A model generated the notes under the pieces. The model saw only the letters and a program-made list of their open reading frames with translations, had not been told where the DNA came from and made no database searches. Source: Candidatus Glassbacteria bacterium (GTDB lineage Bacteria > Gemmatimonadota > Glassbacteria > GWA2-58-10). From it: DNA of 64,000 bases. The DNA lies in contig VRUH01000019.1 of assembly GCA_019456185.1 (NCBI GenBank), positions 1,534 through 65,533 of the forward strand, in the 5' to 3' direction. Within the stretch, counting starts at the first letter, position 1. The number at the start of each line of letters is the position of its first letter. Of this stretch, positions 1-8,070 are shown in pieces. A program made the position numbers and the translations under genes.

Positions 1-589
1 GGCCAGATGGATCAACGACGACATGAAACTGTTTTTCCCAGCCCCCAATACCTAAAACCTCAGTAACTCCCGGCACTGTCTGCAGATGGAACTTGACCAG
101 CCAGTCCTGAATCGTACGCAGTTCCTCCAGCGACCGCTTGCCGGTTTCATCTTCAAGGTAATAAAAAAGAATCAGTCCCATGCCGGTCGAGATCGGGCCC
201 ATTTGCGGATCGCCGAACCCTTCCGGTATTTGCTCGCGGGCTTCCTGCAGCCGTTCGTTAACGAGCTGGCGGGCGAAATAGATATCCATCCCGTCTTCGA
301 AGTAGACATTAACTACCGAGAGTCCGAAATTGGAAATGGAGCGGATTTCTTTAATTTGCGGAAGACCGTTCATCGCGGCTTCCACAGGGTAGGTGATGTA
401 TTGTTCAATCTCTTCCGGCGCAAGTCCTTCAGTCTCGGTGAAAACCTGGACCAGGTTCGGCGACACGTCCGGGAAAGCATCCACAGGGAGCTTCTTGTAA
501 CTATAGTACCCGGAAGCCATCACCAGCACTCCCAGCACGACAATGAGAAGCTGGTTTCTGAGAGCATATTGAATAAGTTTATCAATCAT
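1..589 (-). CDS. czcA: Heavy-metal efflux RND transporter, CzcA/CusA family (N-terminal 196 aa; runs off the window start)
   Basis: Reverse-complement translation from the ATG at 589 reads MIDKLIQYALRNQLLIVVLGVLVMASGYYSYKKLPVDAFPD..., the typical N-terminus of HME-RND pumps. AGGAG RBS 7 nt upstream. It is missing from the ORF track only because it has no stop inside the window. It follows the MFP and OMF genes in the same orientation. Confidence 0.85.
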   Translation of the reverse strand, partial: MIDKLIQYALRNQLLIVVLGVLVMASGYYSYKKLPVDAFPDVSPNLVQVFTETEGLAPEEIEQYITYPVEAAMNGLPQIKEIRSISNFGLSVVNVYFEDGMDIYFARQLVNERLQEAREQIPEGFGDPQMGPISTGMGLILFYYLEDETGKRSLEELRTIQDWLVKFHLQTVPGVTEVLGIGGWEKQFHVVVDPSG

Positions 590-614
590 TTATAACTCCT
601 AGTGTTTTTACCAA

Positions 615-1850
615 TTAATGAGCGTGTCCCTCTCCACCAAATGAAGCTTTTTCCAGTTCCGATTTCAGCGTGAAGGATCCGCTGCTTACATAAAGCTGGC
701 CTTCTTCGAGGCCGGAAATTATTTCAACATGTGTCCCGTTCTTCCGACCCACCTTGACAGGATCGAGCTCGAAACCATCTGCTGTGCGGACAAACACGAA
801 CGTTTCCTCATCCATAGTCATCAGCGCTGTTTTCGGCACCAGCAGGGGAACCATGGTCTCTTCCACCGTAATCATGGCGTTAACGAAAAGTCCCGGGCGC
901 CAAAGACCCTCGGGATTGTTGAGTACGACCCGAGCCGTTGCTGTGCGGGTTTCCTCAAAAAGAATGGGGCTGACAAATGAGATAATACCGTCTGTCTTCA
1001 AATTCCCCTGTTTACTTGATATGATGACGGGTTGACCATTGTGGACATAGGGGAGATCCTTCTGGTAAACAGTAAGGCTCACCCAGACAATACTCAGGTC
1101 TGCAACAGTAAAAGCTTCTGCATCTTCGGTCAGCGCCTCCCCGAGGGTAGTATGCTTATTGATTACAGTGCCGTCAAAAGGCGCAGTAATTTCATAGCGA
1201 GTAAAAGGCACACCCTGATGGAAAGACAAATTGTGCACATATTCTTCAGAAAATCCCAAAGCATGAAGCTTTTGACCTGCTGCTTCAAGTTCAATCCTGG
1301 CTTTCGCCAGGGCCTGTTTCGCCTCCAGGTATACCCGCTCGGAGGAAACACTTTGTTTCCATAACCGCTCTTCCCGCTGAAAAGTTGTTTCAGTGAGAGT
1401 AACTTGTTCCTTTGCGACCAGAAATACGGACTTCAAGTCCGAAAGTTCACGGCTATCCAGGATGGCCATTACCTCGCCCCTTATTACTCGATCACCTATT
1501 TCCTTCCGAACCTTACGTATCACTCCTGCTACTTGTGGAACGATGTGAGCAAGCCGACTTGGATCGGTCGTAACTTCTCCGGGCAGAGAGATTTGCACCT
1601 TAAGTTTTCCTGGACCTGCGGCAGCTATTTCGATACCGAAAGCTTCCATTTCTTCTTCACTCAAATGAACTGTTTGGCCTTCTTCGTCCTCGCCATGTTC
1701 ATCATGTTCCGCCTGCTCGTTTTGAACATTTTCATCATGATCGGTAGTCGAACGACTGCCACCCTCATTCGACTGACAGCCTGCTGCCAAAGCCAGAAAA
1801 ATTCCAATAAAGGCAATAGTAAAAGGTTGCATCTTTTTTTTCATTTCCAT
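615..1850 (-). CDS. czcB: RND efflux membrane fusion protein (HlyD/CzcB/CusB family), lipoprotein with His/Asp/Glu-rich N-terminal metal-binding tract
   Basis: ORF 615..1880. Start chosen at MEMKKKMQPF (AGGAG RBS 8 nt upstream). Lipobox LALAAGC. His-rich HDENVQNEQAEHDEHGEDEEG tract. Biotinyl-lipoyl/beta-barrel MFP motifs. Lies between the OMF and RND genes. Confidence 0.85.
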   Translation of the reverse strand: MEMKKKMQPFTIAFIGIFLALAAGCQSNEGGSRSTTDHDENVQNEQAEHDEHGEDEEGQTVHLSEEEMEAFGIEIAAAGPGKLKVQISLPGEVTTDPSRLAHIVPQVAGVIRKVRKEIGDRVIRGEVMAILDSRELSDLKSVFLVAKEQVTLTETTFQREERLWKQSVSSERVYLEAKQALAKARIELEAAGQKLHALGFSEEYVHNLSFHQGVPFTRYEITAPFDGTVINKHTTLGEALTEDAEAFTVADLSIVWVSLTVYQKDLPYVHNGQPVIISSKQGNLKTDGIISFVSPILFEETRTATARVVLNNPEGLWRPGLFVNAMITVEETMVPLLVPKTALMTMDEETFVFVRTADGFELDPVKVGRKNGTHVEIISGLEEGQLYVSSGSFTLKSELEKASFGGEGHAH

Positions 1851-1876
1851 GATTAATCTCCTAATAATTTTATTAA

Positions 1877-3154
1877 TCACTCAGGCAAATTGCCGCCGAC
1901 CGCACGTTCGAGTGCAGCCAGTGCTGCCCTATGATTGAATAATGCTTGCGCATATTCCACACGGGTATCAGTCAAGGCCCTTTGGGATTCCAATAGTTCA
2001 AGATATGTTGCCTTTCCTTCCTGGTAGCTCAAACTGGCAACTTCATAGGCCCTTTCCGCCACTTGCAGAATCCGATCCTTGTATAATTGAACTCGGTCTT
2101 CTGCTGCCTTTAAATCCAGAAACGCACTCTCTACCTCCAGAAGCAATTGGTAACGAACTATATTCCTTTCAGCGTCCGCCAAGGCTGTCTCAGCTTTAGC
2201 CTGGACTATTTCACCACGCTGTCGGAACATTGCCCAAATTGGCAATTCCATACCAAAAGTCACATGCCAATAATTGTTTCTCTCGATACTACTCCTGATA
2301 CTCTGACGGAAAACACCAATATTCAAATCGGGAACTATTGACAAAACAGCCACAGATTTGTTGGACTGTGCGGCGGCCAAGTTGAGTTCAGATCCCAGCA
2401 TATCGGGACGGAGATCAATCGCTAACCTTTTTAGTTTTTCAAGATCAGCCTCTAACGGGCTGGAGGCTAAATCTCCATTCAATTCCATCGGGCTATTAGC
2501 CTCGCGAGCCAGCAAGGAGTTCAATGTCGCCCTGAATACTAATAGATCGTTCCTGGCAATTGTCACTCGATTTTCTGCTCGACCGGTTTCTACTTCGGCC
2601 CTCAAAACTTCAAGCTCCGGGACATCACCGGCTTCGAAACGCACTTTAGCCTTTTGCAGAAGATCTTGCGCAAATCGCAAATCCCGTTTTTTGTATTCAT
2701 GGATTTCTTGCGCCAAAAGTACTCGGTCAAAGGCAGTCTTGACCCGGGTTGCTACCTCCAATTTTGTCATCTCAAACACCGCCATCCTAACAGCATCTGA
2801 GCGTTTTCTTGCTACCTGGTTTCGTAGCCACCATTTTAGCGGAAACTCGACTCTCTGGCTTATCCCGATATTGCGCTCGCCATACCCAGCAATGTTAGAA
2901 ACTCCTGGCAACTCTTCATATTCCAGTCTCAATTCCGGATCTGGGAAAGCTCTTGCCTGGATTAACCGGGCCTTGGCGATTTCCCAGTTCTGTCGTGCTG
3001 CTGTAACTTCCGGGTTGTTTTCAATCGCAATCCGTATGGCCTCCGACTTTGTGAGTTGATCGGCGCGAACAAGTTCAACACCCAGACCGAGGATCAAAGT
3101 ACCTGCCATCAGTAAGCCACCAAAATATTGCCCATATAATTGTTTAGGATTCAT
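1877..3154 (-). CDS. czcC: Outer membrane efflux protein, TolC/CzcC family (OMF)
   Basis: ORF 1877..3325. The true start is probably MNPKQLYGQYFGGLLMAGTLILG (a signal-like N-terminus) at about 3154. Coiled-coil-rich TolC-like sequence. Adjacent to the MFP gene. Confidence 0.8.
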   Translation of the reverse strand: MNPKQLYGQYFGGLLMAGTLILGLGVELVRADQLTKSEAIRIAIENNPEVTAARQNWEIAKARLIQARAFPDPELRLEYEELPGVSNIAGYGERNIGISQRVEFPLKWWLRNQVARKRSDAVRMAVFEMTKLEVATRVKTAFDRVLLAQEIHEYKKRDLRFAQDLLQKAKVRFEAGDVPELEVLRAEVETGRAENRVTIARNDLLVFRATLNSLLAREANSPMELNGDLASSPLEADLEKLKRLAIDLRPDMLGSELNLAAAQSNKSVAVLSIVPDLNIGVFRQSIRSSIERNNYWHVTFGMELPIWAMFRQRGEIVQAKAETALADAERNIVRYQLLLEVESAFLDLKAAEDRVQLYKDRILQVAERAYEVASLSYQEGKATYLELLESQRALTDTRVEYAQALFNHRAALAALERAVGGNLPE

Positions 3155-3203
3155 AACTACACGCTCCCTTGCCCTGAAAAGTGCTAATTCGATACGTAGA
3201 ACC

Positions 3204-3240
3204 TGTGTCTTGCACACATGTTTAGAGGGTGCAAGACACA
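3204..3240. promoter_or_regulatory. Imperfect palindrome TGTGTCTTGCAC-N13-GTGCAAGACACA upstream of czcC; candidate operator for a metal-responsive regulator
   Basis: 12-bp perfect inverted arms seen directly, 50-85 bp upstream of the czcC start on the minus strand. No U-tract follows, so it is not an obvious terminator. Confidence 0.3.
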
Positions 3241-3294
3241 CGTATCCAAACTGGCTAAAAAGAATTCTGAGATGTTGAATTGACGCGCTGGAGA

Positions 3295-3741
3295 TTAAAT
3301 CAGGAGGACAACACTTCGCAGGCAAACGGAGTTGATGCTATATGCTGGACAGGGAGAAAACAAGTTTCTTCTGTAAGTAGTCTCAAGGGGTGAGAGTAAA
3401 GATGTAGGATTATCCACAAATTCATACTGAATAATGTGCCTGGCTGCATTTTGGCTTGAAGCGCTAGAAATGTGAGGAGTTTTAACAGACAGAGGTATAT
3501 CGGTACATATACCGCAGTGATCTATAGTACACGATCCTGTTTTCGTACAAAATTGAGATATAACATCTGGAAAATCTTTGGCACTCATTGCTGAAAGAGA
3601 TAGCACTCGAAAAGTGCGCTCGATTTCAATGTGGCCATTAGAATTCACACAAAGGACCGAATTCTCGCTGGCAAAGGCTACAAGCAGCAAGTAAATCAGC
3701 AAGCTAAGACTTGAAATAATATGTATGGAGCCTTTTAGCAA
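3295..3741 (-). CDS. Hypothetical small secreted Cys-rich protein (AT-rich ORF)
   Basis: 148-aa ORF with a signal-peptide-like N-terminus and the Cys cluster CTKTGSCTIDHCGICTD. It lies in a low-GC stretch (3300-4140) between czcC and the tRNA. Codon usage is atypical for the host, so whether it is real is uncertain. Confidence 0.35.
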   Translation of the reverse strand: MLKGSIHIISSLSLLIYLLLVAFASENSVLCVNSNGHIEIERTFRVLSLSAMSAKDFPDVISQFCTKTGSCTIDHCGICTDIPLSVKTPHISSASSQNAARHIIQYEFVDNPTSLLSPLETTYRRNLFSPCPAYSINSVCLRSVVLLI

Positions 3742-4142
3742 CCTTGAAAGTTCTCATTTTGAGTACAATAAAATTTCCTACGTGTTGGCGATAATAATAA
3801 GTCTATCCACAAAAGTCAAACGGGCATTAAGATGAAACAGAAATAAGTTCTTTCTTTCAAACAGCATCCAATGGAAAACATCGCTATGACAAGATAGAGT
3901 TAGGAGTAAGCTGTAAAATTCAAAGATATTTGATTGCAATTAATAAGTGCTCAACTCTTTGAATATTACTCCGGAAGAATTAGAGGAATTAAGTACACTA
4001 TCGCATATTTCCCTTGTGAATAGGAAGTGGGCGTGCATATGGGTATAAAAATCTTGAGACGGACAGCAGCAATATAAATGGAAATCTCGCTCTTGGTGAC
4101 TCGACATTGGGGGCAGGTCACCACGTAACTCATTGATAAATA

Positions 4143-4219
4143 TGGTGGGCACTACTGGATTCGAACCAGTGACCTCCTGCTTGTAAGGCAGGCGCTCTAA
4201 CCATCTGAGCTAAGCGCCC
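4143..4219 (-). tRNA. tRNA-Val (anticodon TAC), CCA encoded
   Basis: The reverse complement GGGCGCTTAGCTCAGATGGTTAGAGCGCCTGCCTTACAAGCAGGAGGTCACTGGTTCGAATCCAGTAGTGCCCACCA folds as a cloverleaf. The 7-bp acceptor stem has one G-U pair. Anticodon loop CUUACAA. T-loop TTCGAAT. Confidence 0.9.
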
Positions 4220-4228
4220 ACTGCCCGG

Positions 4229-4453
4229 CTAGATGATAATCGCCAGGGGCACCAGAATGCAGTAACCCACCACCAGGCAAATGGGAGCGAACGTAATCGA
4301 ACCCATGCCCAGAGCGATATGCCCGATCACGATCACCACCAGGGCGATCACGAACAGCAGCAGATTTTTCTGGCTGAAAGCGCGGGATAAATCAGTTGTG
4401 GCAGCCTGCGCCTGAGTTGCCCGACCTCTGTCCTTTTTCCTTTTTTCCGCCAT
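4229..4453 (-). CDS. Small hypothetical membrane protein (74 aa, two TM helices)
   Basis: GC-typical ORF. Basic N-terminus MAEKRKKDRGR followed by two hydrophobic helices. Stops 10 nt from the tRNA. Confidence 0.45.
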   Translation of the reverse strand: MAEKRKKDRGRATQAQAATTDLSRAFSQKNLLLFVIALVVIVIGHIALGMGSITFAPICLVVGYCILVPLAIII

Positions 4454-4545
4454 GACTCGTCTGCCGGTTAAGTTAATTCAGGTTTCGCGGGCTGTTTAAT
4501 TTACACTCCCGCCCCTGTCAGTCAAGCATCATTGGAAAATCCAGC

Positions 4546-5151
4546 TTACCCGGGTTTGACGACGGCCAGATATTCCGAGATGTGATGGTCGTATTCGCTG
4601 GTGCGACGGAAGACAGCCCGGGCCAGCTCGTAGCGCAGTTTCAGGTCCAGGGCACCGCTGTTGGCCCGCAACTGCCCGGTAACCTCTGCGTACTGCTGAG
4701 GCGATGTCACCACGGCGACCGCGGAGAAATTTTTAGCCGCGCTACGCAGCATTGTCGGACCGCCGATATCGATCTGCTCGACGGCTTCCTCGAGAGTCAC
4801 TCCCTGACGCGCCACGGTCTGCTCGAACGGGTACAGGTTGACCACCACCATGTCGATCAACTCGACATTCAGCTCACGACACTGGCGCATATGGTCATCC
4901 AGGTCGCGACGGGCCAGCAGAGCGCCGTGAACTTTAGGATGGAGGGTTTTGACCCGCCCGTCCAGCATCTCGGGATGGCCGGTGTACTGGTCGACACTGC
5001 GAATCTCGATCCCGGCTTCCGACAGGTGGCGGGCGGTTCCTCCCGTCGACAGTATTTCGGCGCCGAACTCTTTCAGCGTCCCGGCCAGCTCGACAACACC
5101 GCTCTTATCGCTGACACTAATCAGCGCCCGCTTGATCTTGATCTTGTTCAT
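4546..5151 (-). CDS. purH: IMP cyclohydrolase domain protein (PurH N-terminal MGS-like domain only, 201 aa; AICAR transformylase domain absent)
   Basis: VSDKSGVVELAGTL...LSTGGTARHL...DGRVKTLHPKVHGALLARRD...VVNLYPF...IDIGGPTMLRSAAKN are hallmark PurH N-domain motifs. The ORF ends after about 200 aa. Confidence 0.8.
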   Translation of the reverse strand: MNKIKIKRALISVSDKSGVVELAGTLKEFGAEILSTGGTARHLSEAGIEIRSVDQYTGHPEMLDGRVKTLHPKVHGALLARRDLDDHMRQCRELNVELIDMVVVNLYPFEQTVARQGVTLEEAVEQIDIGGPTMLRSAAKNFSAVAVVTSPQQYAEVTGQLRANSGALDLKLRYELARAVFRRTSEYDHHISEYLAVVKPG

Positions 5152-5185
5152 GTTATATCCTAAATCGATATAATTTTGTGAGTTA

Positions 5186-5479
5186 TTAATTCTTGGACCT
5201 TGAAATTATGAAAACAGCATCTTCGGAAAATTCGACCTGTTCACCGACAACTAAATCCTCAAATCCTTCCTCTGAAGTATATTTTGAAAGATTAAGAATT
5301 TCTCCTATTATTAAGCCGCTGGACTGTATATTAATTGATCGTATCTTAATTTCCGCCTCTTTATATCTTACGGTGACAATATCATTCTGCTGAATCGGTA
5401 ATTTTAGATATGTAATATCAGGTCCATCTCCACACCATAGAATATTCTTTTCTCTTTCTGTAAAATTTGGGTGTTTCAT
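5186..5479 (-). CDS. Hypothetical protein (97 aa) in an AT-rich ~300-bp insert between purN and purH-N
   Basis: The ORF fills the gap exactly (purN stop 5483, ORF start 5479). Local GC is far below its neighbours. I recognise no family. Confidence 0.4.
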   Translation of the reverse strand: MKHPNFTEREKNILWCGDGPDITYLKLPIQQNDIVTVRYKEAEIKIRSINIQSSGLIIGEILNLSKYTSEEGFEDLVVGEQVEFSEDAVFIISRSKN

Positions 5480-5482
5480 GTT

Positions 5483-6139
5483 TTACTCCTCTCTTAATTT
5501 CACCCGGCCTTCAACAACCTCCACCCGGCCGCTGGCGATCAGTCCGACTACTTCCGGCAGCAATTCGTGTTCCTTTTCGAGTACGCGGGCGGCCAGTTCC
5601 TCAGGCGTGTCCTCGTGGAAAACAGGTACTGCGCTCTGGGCGATAATCGGTCCCCGGTCGTACTCCTCGTTGATGAAATGCACCGTGGGTCCGGAGAGTT
5701 TCGCCCCGGATGCGATGACCGCCTCGTGCACGCGACGGCCGTACATCCCGCGGCCCCCGAACGATGGCAGCAGCGCCGGATGGATGTTGATCATCCTGTT
5801 GCTGTAAACGGCCACCACGTTGGGAGGAACCATCTTGAGATAGCCGGCCAGCACGACCAGCCCCACCCCTCTCTCTTCGAACAGTTCGAGAAGCCTGCGG
5901 CCGAAACCTTCCTGGCTGTCGAAATCCGCCGGGGGCACAATCTCGGTGGCAACTCCGGCTTTCGTTGCGCGATCCAGCGAGCCGGCTCCCGGCCGGTCGG
6001 TAACCACCAGCACCACGCGGGCATGGGCGGATGAACTGTTCCGGTCGGGGAACCGGTCCAGCAGCTTCTGAAGGTTGGTGCCGCCGCCGCTTGCCATCAC
6101 GGCCACCCTCAGTTTCTGCGTTTCGCCTGCATCGGACAT
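5483..6139 (-). CDS. purN: Phosphoribosylglycinamide formyltransferase
   Basis: RVAVMASGGGTNLQ...NIHPALLPSFGG...GPTVHF are the PurN formyl-transferase motifs. Start taken at MSDAGETQKLRVAV. Confidence 0.85.
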   Translation of the reverse strand: MSDAGETQKLRVAVMASGGGTNLQKLLDRFPDRNSSSAHARVVLVVTDRPGAGSLDRATKAGVATEIVPPADFDSQEGFGRRLLELFEERGVGLVVLAGYLKMVPPNVVAVYSNRMINIHPALLPSFGGRGMYGRRVHEAVIASGAKLSGPTVHFINEEYDRGPIIAQSAVPVFHEDTPEELAARVLEKEHELLPEVVGLIASGRVEVVEGRVKLREE

Positions 6140-6203
6140 CCAGTTAACCCGCAAGATCAAATAATTATGGAACCTAAGGAGCAGATAATTCCTGCTGAGG
6201 CGC

Positions 6204-7868
6204 TCAAGCCACCCAACCAGCACGGAACGGCTCTACCGGCCTGCCGTCGCTTGTGGTAAGCAGCTCTGCTTCCGGATCCCAATGCATCCGGCGTCCCAGC
6301 AGATAGCTGGCTGTGGCCATATGCATGGTGATCGCCTCCTGAAAACCATCCCCGATATGGCACAACGTATCCGGATCGTTTGCCCGGATATGCTCGATCC
6401 AGTTTTTGTGGTGCAGGTAGGTGGTACTGACCCTGCGCCCTTCCTTGAAAGTATAGAGCAGGCCTTTCGACAGGCTCCAGCTCGATGTAGCCGATGTTAT
6501 CGCCTCGACCCCCTTGCCTCCCACATTGCGATAGGTAATCATCGGCTTGTCCGGCTGAACCCTGCCACTTTCCAGCCACTCGGCATAGCGGGTGCTGCGG
6601 GGGTCGGCGTAGATATTAACTCCATCGTCGAATTCCATCGTGGCCTCACTGCCCAGATAAATCTGGTCGCGACTGCACGAATTACCCAGAGTGGCATTGT
6701 AAACCACTGTCAGACCCCTGTCAGGCCACTCATAGGTGACCTGGAAAACATCCGGCCACTCACGCTGGAGCAGAGGCACGTCCGGCCTTACCCTGGCTCC
6801 AGCCGGCACCGGCTCGTCCGTACCCAGCGGCTCGCCGTGCTCATCGACCACGGCCTGGTACTGTTTATAGTGGTAAATCCCTCCCGAAGCGGTAGCCGAA
6901 AAGGGAATCCCCAGTTGCATGATCATGTTGATCAGGTCCATCTCGTGAGAAAGCAACTGTCCGGCAAGACCAGTACTGTAATCCTTGAAACATGTCCAGT
7001 TGAAAAAGCGGTTGGGATCGTAGGGCCGGTATTCCCGATTGGATAGATACTGCTCCCAGTCCAAGTTGCGCGCGCCGGAAGAGGCGCTTTGCGGGCCGTG
7101 ACTCCTGGGAACGTCACGGAACCAGGCCCCGTTGTTCGAATTACGGTTCGTGTAGCATTGGATCAGCGTAATATCTCCGAGCATTCCCCTGGCCACCACA
7201 TCCATTGCCGAATCGTACTCCACGCTGTTGCGGTTCTGATGGCCAAGCTGGAATACGATCCCGGCTTTTTTTACCGCATCGCGTAACTCGTAAGCCTCCG
7301 GGATATTCTGGGTCATACACTTCTCTACGTAGACATGTTTGCCGGCCTCGGCCGCTGCCCTGGCAATCGGCGCGTGCCAATGATCGTCAGTTGCGATCAC
7401 CACGGCATCCACGTCACTTTCCGACAACAGTTCCTGGTGAGTGCGATAAGATTTGGCCGTTCCACCCGAAGCACGAACAGCGTAGTCCACGTTAGGCTGA
7501 TACAAGTCACAGACAGCCGTGCAACGAACGTTGAGCGATTCCCTGCTTTCGAGTTCCAGCTTCAGCTCGGCACTCAGCTCTTCGGGCGGGAAGAAACCCA
7601 GGTCGTGGAGATGGTCTTTACCCCTGCTGCCCACGCCAATAAAGCCGATGTTGATCGTATCGTTCGCGCTCTGATAGGAGGCGAGTTTCTTATATTTACG
7701 CTCCATAAAGGGATGAGATTTCGCCGGACCGCCTGCTTGATCAAGGATAATCTCCCGCTTGCTTTGATCATCTCGCCCCTTCCGGAAAGCAGAATATGCA
7801 AAAGCCCCCAGCACGGGAGTACCGGCGGCCGCTTTAAGGAATTCCCGGCGGTCAGGAAATTTATCCAT
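6204..7868 (-). CDS. Tat-exported Gfo/Idh/MocA-family NAD(P)-dependent oxidoreductase (glucose-fructose oxidoreductase-like), ~555 aa
   Basis: Twin-arginine signal DRREFLKAAAGTPVLGAFA. Rossmann motif IGFIGVGSRGKDH. Conserved EKCMT motif. Start at MDKFPDRREFL. The C-terminal extension is larger than in canonical Gfo. Confidence 0.8.
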   Translation of the reverse strand: MDKFPDRREFLKAAAGTPVLGAFAYSAFRKGRDDQSKREIILDQAGGPAKSHPFMERKYKKLASYQSANDTINIGFIGVGSRGKDHLHDLGFFPPEELSAELKLELESRESLNVRCTAVCDLYQPNVDYAVRASGGTAKSYRTHQELLSESDVDAVVIATDDHWHAPIARAAAEAGKHVYVEKCMTQNIPEAYELRDAVKKAGIVFQLGHQNRNSVEYDSAMDVVARGMLGDITLIQCYTNRNSNNGAWFRDVPRSHGPQSASSGARNLDWEQYLSNREYRPYDPNRFFNWTCFKDYSTGLAGQLLSHEMDLINMIMQLGIPFSATASGGIYHYKQYQAVVDEHGEPLGTDEPVPAGARVRPDVPLLQREWPDVFQVTYEWPDRGLTVVYNATLGNSCSRDQIYLGSEATMEFDDGVNIYADPRSTRYAEWLESGRVQPDKPMITYRNVGGKGVEAITSATSSWSLSKGLLYTFKEGRRVSTTYLHHKNWIEHIRANDPDTLCHIGDGFQEAITMHMATASYLLGRRMHWDPEAELLTTSDGRPVEPFRAGWVA

Positions 7869-8070
7869 CTCATTTACCTTTCGGTCATCGATTGAACTCT
7901 CACCACTAAACCTTAGCTCACAAAAAGTGATCCCCTGAAGCCGGTTGTACGGCTTCAGGGGAGCACCCGGCTTTTTCGCGCACAATCTGGAACCATGCCG
8001 CCGCAGTGTTAAGTAATCGGGAATGACGACACAACCGCCCACCGTGTTGCGGCTTATCTAACGGCCGCCC

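Noticed and set aside
86-595. 169-aa plus-strand ORF at the window start
   Set aside because: The opposite strand encodes a clear CzcA/CusA-family N-terminus (MIDKLIQYALRNQLL...) with an RBS, so the plus-strand ORF is an antisense artefact.
3940-4152. 70-aa minus-strand ORF in the AT-rich stretch
   Set aside because: It overlaps the tRNA-Val gene by about 10 nt, has no RBS, is Cys/His-rich and low-complexity, and lies in AT-rich DNA where random ORFs are frequent.
6157-6579. 140-aa ORF overlapping the purN start and oxidoreductase end
   Set aside because: It spans two genes in the wrong frame and is Gly/Arg-rich. Artefact.
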